Source of the DNA: a virus
Taxonomy: Duplodnaviria; Caudoviricetes
Reading direction: 5' to 3' (one strand)
Length of the DNA stretch: 62,526 bases
Virus record (IMG/VR): IMGVR_UViG_3300031972_001459
Coordinates: 1 to 62,526 of that record
Shown here: positions 59,193-62,526 of the stretch, one piece after another
Numbering within the stretch: position 1 is the first letter of the stretch
Layout of the letters: each line of letters opens with the position of its first letter
The notes under the pieces: generated by a model
Database searches by the model: none
What the model was told of the DNA's origin: nothing
What the model saw: the letters and a program-made list of their open reading frames with translations, nothing else
Made by a program: the position numbers and the translations under genes

Positions 59193-59672
59193 ATGCCAAA
59201 ACCAAGAAGTACAGAACACTATGTAAACAACAAGGAATTTCTGAATGCTCTTGAGAATTACTTTGCACAGGTTGCAACAGCAAAACTTAATGACCAACCC
59301 AAACCAGTTATTCCTAGGTATATTGGTGAATGTTTCCTGAAGATTGCAAACCATCTATCATACAAACCTAACTTCGTGAACTACATGTTCAAGGATGATA
59401 TGATTTGTGATGGTATTGAAAATTGTGTAAGATATATTCATAACTTTAATCCAGAGAAGTCAAAGAATCCTTTTGCATACTTCACTCAGATTATCTACTA
59501 TGCATTCCTGAGACGTATCTCTCAAGAGAAGAAGCAACTAGAAATTAAAAATAAGATTCTTGATAAGAGTGACTTCGATGAAGTCTTTGACTCCAATGAA
59601 CTTGACAGTGGTAACTACTCTGACTATAACTCGATAAAAGATGCAGTGCACCAGAAACTGAGAGGTGGTTGA
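59193..59672 (+). CDS. gp55: Late-transcription sigma factor
   Basis: HYVNNKEF, IGECFLKIA, MI.DGIENC, NPFAYFTQI. Confidence 0.96.
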   Translation: MPKPRSTEHYVNNKEFLNALENYFAQVATAKLNDQPKPVIPRYIGECFLKIANHLSYKPNFVNYMFKDDMICDGIENCVRYIHNFNPEKSKNPFAYFTQIIYYAFLRRISQEKKQLEIKNKILDKSDFDEVFDSNELDSGNYSDYNSIKDAVHQKLRGG

Positions 59673-59725
59673 CTATTACTATAATACTTGACATTATAAA
59701 TAAATAATGGTATTATAATAATAAA

Positions 59726-60208
59726 ATGACTAAAACATTTATTGGTAAACCTTGTAGAAGTTGCGGTGGGACTGAAAGATATCTTAGTGGTAACAAAGGA
59801 TGTGTTGCTTGTGCTAAGGAGAACTCTAAACGCCGTGTTACTGCATCAGCTGAATGGAAGAGAGAAAATAAAGATAGGGTAAATAAAAACAATAGGCTTA
59901 GATATAACAGTCTAAGCCCAGAAGAAAAGAAAGAAAGAATGAGGCGTCAACAAATGGCCCTCTATGGATTGACCTTAGAAGATTACGACAAGATGTTACA
60001 GGAGCAAGGTGGTGTTTGTGCCTGTTGTGGAAAGCCTGAACTAAAAGAAGGTCGCACAAATCTATGCGTTGACCACAATCACGAAACAGGGAAAGTTCGA
60101 GCGTTACTGTGCGATTATTGCAACAGGGGTATCGGATATTTTACTGACAATATTGACAAGCTACGCAATTGTGTGTTATACTTAGAGAAATACGATGGAG
60201 GTGGTTGA
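59726..60208 (+). CDS. Endonuclease VII-type free-standing homing endonuclease
   Basis: YGLT..Y...Q.G.CACC..L.VDHNHETGKVRALLC..CNRGIG. Confidence 0.88.
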   Translation: MTKTFIGKPCRSCGGTERYLSGNKGCVACAKENSKRRVTASAEWKRENKDRVNKNNRLRYNSLSPEEKKERMRRQQMALYGLTLEDYDKMLQEQGGVCACCGKPELKEGRTNLCVDHNHETGKVRALLCDYCNRGIGYFTDNIDKLRNCVLYLEKYDGGG

Positions 60209-60210
60209 TT

Positions 60211-60585
60211 ATGAATGGGAGTCTTGACCCAGAAGAGCGTATCCTAGATGAACCAACTATCAATGAACTAGTTGCTGGTTATGTTGAAAAACTTGGTTGG
60301 TCTGTGGATGATGAAATCACGGTAGAACTTGGTGGTACTCAGGTCTCAGGTATTGATGTTGGTGAGGAGTATAACAAGAAGTGGCAGTCACCTATTGGTA
60401 CTCGTAAGTACAATAAAGATTGTTTCATCGTTATCAAAAACCAATCACGTAGAGATTTGACTGGATCTCTACCTATGGATAGGGAACACAAACCACGTCA
60501 TCCATGTACACCTGTTGAACCAAAAGATATTGTTGTCAACATGGATGGTGGTGTTGGAGGGTCTTGGGAAGTTAAAGAAGAATGA
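60211..60585 (+). CDS. Conserved cyanophage hypothetical protein
   Basis: GGAGG RBS; start re-assigned to 60211. Confidence 0.7.
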   Translation: MNGSLDPEERILDEPTINELVAGYVEKLGWSVDDEITVELGGTQVSGIDVGEEYNKKWQSPIGTRKYNKDCFIVIKNQSRRDLTGSLPMDREHKPRHPCTPVEPKDIVVNMDGGVGGSWEVKEE

Positions 60586-61622
60586 AGATTGGTATCATAA
60601 CTGACACCCACTACGGTGCTCGTAAAAACTCTAAACTCTTTCATGATTACTTTGAAAAGTTTTATCGAGATGTCTTCTTTCCTACTCTGGAAAAGGAAGG
60701 TATCGACACCGTAGTGCATATGGGTGATGCATTTGATAGTCGTAAGGGTATCGAATTCAAAGCACTTAAGTGGTCCAAGAGAGTTGTGTTTGACCCTCTT
60801 AAGGAACGTGGTATCAAGATGCATCTTATGGTTGGTAATCATGATGCATACTACAAGAACACAAACGAAGTTAACGCAGTAGACCTTCTACTGAAAGAAT
60901 ATGATAATGTTGAGGTTTATTCTTCTCCTACAGAGGTGTCTTTGGGTAATCTCAAAACTCTCTTCATTCCTTGGATCAATGAAGATAACCAAAAAGAAAC
61001 AAACAAGATCATCAGTAAGACCAAGTGTCCAGTCGCGATGGGACACCTTGAACTCAATGGGTTCAAAGTCAATAACCAAATCGTCATGGACCACGGTCAC
61101 GACAGTAGATCCTTTGATAAGTTCAAAAAAGTATTCTCGGGACATTATCACACTAGATCCGACAATGGGACCGTTTATTATCTCGGTAATCCCTATGAAA
61201 TGTTCTGGAGTGATGTCAAAGATTCCAGAGGTTTCACTATTTTTGATACAGAATCTCTAGAACATACTCCAATCAACAATCCTTATAGATTATTCTATAA
61301 CATCTACTACGAAGATACTGACCATCAAACATTCAATACTACAGAGTATGAGAATAAGATTGTCAAGGTCATCGTAAGAAAGAAAAGTGACATCAAGAAG
61401 TTTGAAAAGTTTATTGACAAACTTTATGCAACTGGTGTTGCAGACCTTAAGATTGTAGAGAACTTTCAACTCGTTGAGAGTGAAGAGTTTGAAGCAGAAG
61501 AGTCGGAAGATACCATGTCTATTTTAAGTCGGTATATTGACGAGTCTGAAACTGAGTTAAATAAACCACTAATCCAATCACTGATTAAAGAAATATATCA
61601 GGAAGCGTGTGAGGTTATTTGA
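60582..61622 (+). CDS. gp47: Recombination endonuclease subunit (Mre11/SbcD-like)
   Basis: TDTHYG, GD.FD.R, GNHD, GH.E, SGHYH. Confidence 0.95.
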   Translation: MKIGIITDTHYGARKNSKLFHDYFEKFYRDVFFPTLEKEGIDTVVHMGDAFDSRKGIEFKALKWSKRVVFDPLKERGIKMHLMVGNHDAYYKNTNEVNAVDLLLKEYDNVEVYSSPTEVSLGNLKTLFIPWINEDNQKETNKIISKTKCPVAMGHLELNGFKVNNQIVMDHGHDSRSFDKFKKVFSGHYHTRSDNGTVYYLGNPYEMFWSDVKDSRGFTIFDTESLEHTPINNPYRLFYNIYYEDTDHQTFNTTEYENKIVKVIVRKKSDIKKFEKFIDKLYATGVADLKIVENFQLVESEEFEAEESEDTMSILSRYIDESETELNKPLIQSLIKEIYQEACEVI

Positions 61623-61894
61623 TGCATATTATCACAGTCGTAGGTAAAGAGAAGGAAGGAGCATATTCTGTTATCGATGAAGATGGAGAACAGGTTCTTT
61701 ATATTTTCATGGAAGAGGATGACGCCACAAGATACTCTATGCAATTAGAAGAACTTGGTTATCCTGAGATGACTGTGTTAGAAGTAGATGATGAAGTGAT
61801 GATAAAAACTTGTGAAATGCACGATCACCGTTATACTGTGATCACCCCCAATGACATTGTAATTCCACCTGACGAAGAATATGATAACCTTTGA
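61622..61894 (+). CDS. Conserved cyanophage hypothetical protein
   Basis: EGAYSV, F.EEDDA.RY, ITPNDIVIPP. Confidence 0.75.
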   Translation: MHIITVVGKEKEGAYSVIDEDGEQVLYIFMEEDDATRYSMQLEELGYPEMTVLEVDDEVMIKTCEMHDHRYTVITPNDIVIPPDEEYDNL

Positions 61895-61948
61895 CGATTG
61901 ACGACTAACATAGTAGAATAACTAAATAGTATTAGTAATCGTCCTACT

Positions 61949-62407
61949 ATGAAAGTCTGTAGAGAATGTGGTGCCAGTAAACCCTTAGAAGAATACCATA
62001 CCTCTAGGAACGGTAAAGGCGGAAAAGTATACAGAAAAAATATCTGTAAGGTATGTCAAAATGAATATGCCAGATCGAAATACCATAATCTGTCTGAGGA
62101 AGTAAAGAAAGAACGGAGAAGGAAAAACCCCTGTAACACCCCCGAATGGCATAAAGAGTATAAGTTACGAACACAGTTCGGGTTGACAACCGAAGAATAT
62201 CGTGGTATGATTACCATACAAAACAATCGGTGCATTACTTGTGGAACAGAGTTTGACGAACAAATAAAACCACAGGTAGACCATTGTCACAACACAGGTA
62301 AGGTAAGGGGGCTCCTTTGCAGACCGTGTAATACTAGTTTAGGTTTACTAAAAGAAAACCCCGAAACATTGAAGAACTTGATTACTTACCTACATGATAA
62401 CCTTTAA
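61949..62407 (+). CDS. Endonuclease VII-type free-standing homing endonuclease
   Basis: N-terminal CxxC/CxxC; Q...C..C..VDHCHNTGKVRGLLC..CN..LG. Confidence 0.88.
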   Translation: MKVCRECGASKPLEEYHTSRNGKGGKVYRKNICKVCQNEYARSKYHNLSEEVKKERRRKNPCNTPEWHKEYKLRTQFGLTTEEYRGMITIQNNRCITCGTEFDEQIKPQVDHCHNTGKVRGLLCRPCNTSLGLLKENPETLKNLITYLHDNL

Positions 62408-62526
62408 GAAAATTTCCTGGGCCAATTTTTTGAGCACTGGTAATCAACCAACCGAAGTTATTCTTGACGGGACTGCAACTACCCTAATCATTGGTGCCAA
62501 TGGTGCGGGTAAGTCAACTATTCTTG
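62394..62526 (+). CDS. gp46: Recombination ATPase subunit (Rad50/SbcC-like), partial
   Basis: MITFKKISWANFLSTGN...GANGAGKST Walker A; runs off the window. Confidence 0.9.
   Translation, partial: MITFKKISWANFLSTGNQPTEVILDGTATTLIIGANGAGKSTIL

Noticed and set aside
44369-61622. Introns or inteins in gp17, gp20, gp23, uvsW or gp47
   Set aside because: ORFs are continuous and of normal length; the endonucleases are intergenic
1-62526. tRNA/rRNA genes and photosynthesis AMGs
   Set aside because: None recognised by eye; a tRNAscan run would confirm

Overview
A 62.5-kb segment of a T4-like cyanomyovirus genome (Kyanoviridae-type; host probably a marine picocyanobacterium, which is inferred). About 1-10.2 kb is an early/accessory region of small + strand ORFs organised as cassettes. 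From 1 to 1.57 kb the genes are joined by a repeated 'CAACAGGAGAACAACTAATG' RBS/stop/start junction. From 1.57 to 9.9 kb, 14 copies of a conserved 35-bp element (consensus GTTACTCACCTCCAAATGTCCCCTATAGTGTAACC) each sit 11-15 nt before a start codon. This region also holds a cluster of DnaA-box-like 9-mers, a strongly self-complementary ~200-nt non-coding segment and several free-standing endonucleases. From 12.9 to 56.5 kb lies the T4-like virion module (gp25, gp6, gp7-like, gp8, large structural protein, gp13-gp23, gp3). It is followed by uvsY, uvsW, gp55, gp47 and the 5' end of gp46. There are six putative homing endonuclease genes (2 HNH, 2 GIY-YIG, 2 endonuclease VII-type). All family calls rest on recalled motifs and synteny; no database search was run.
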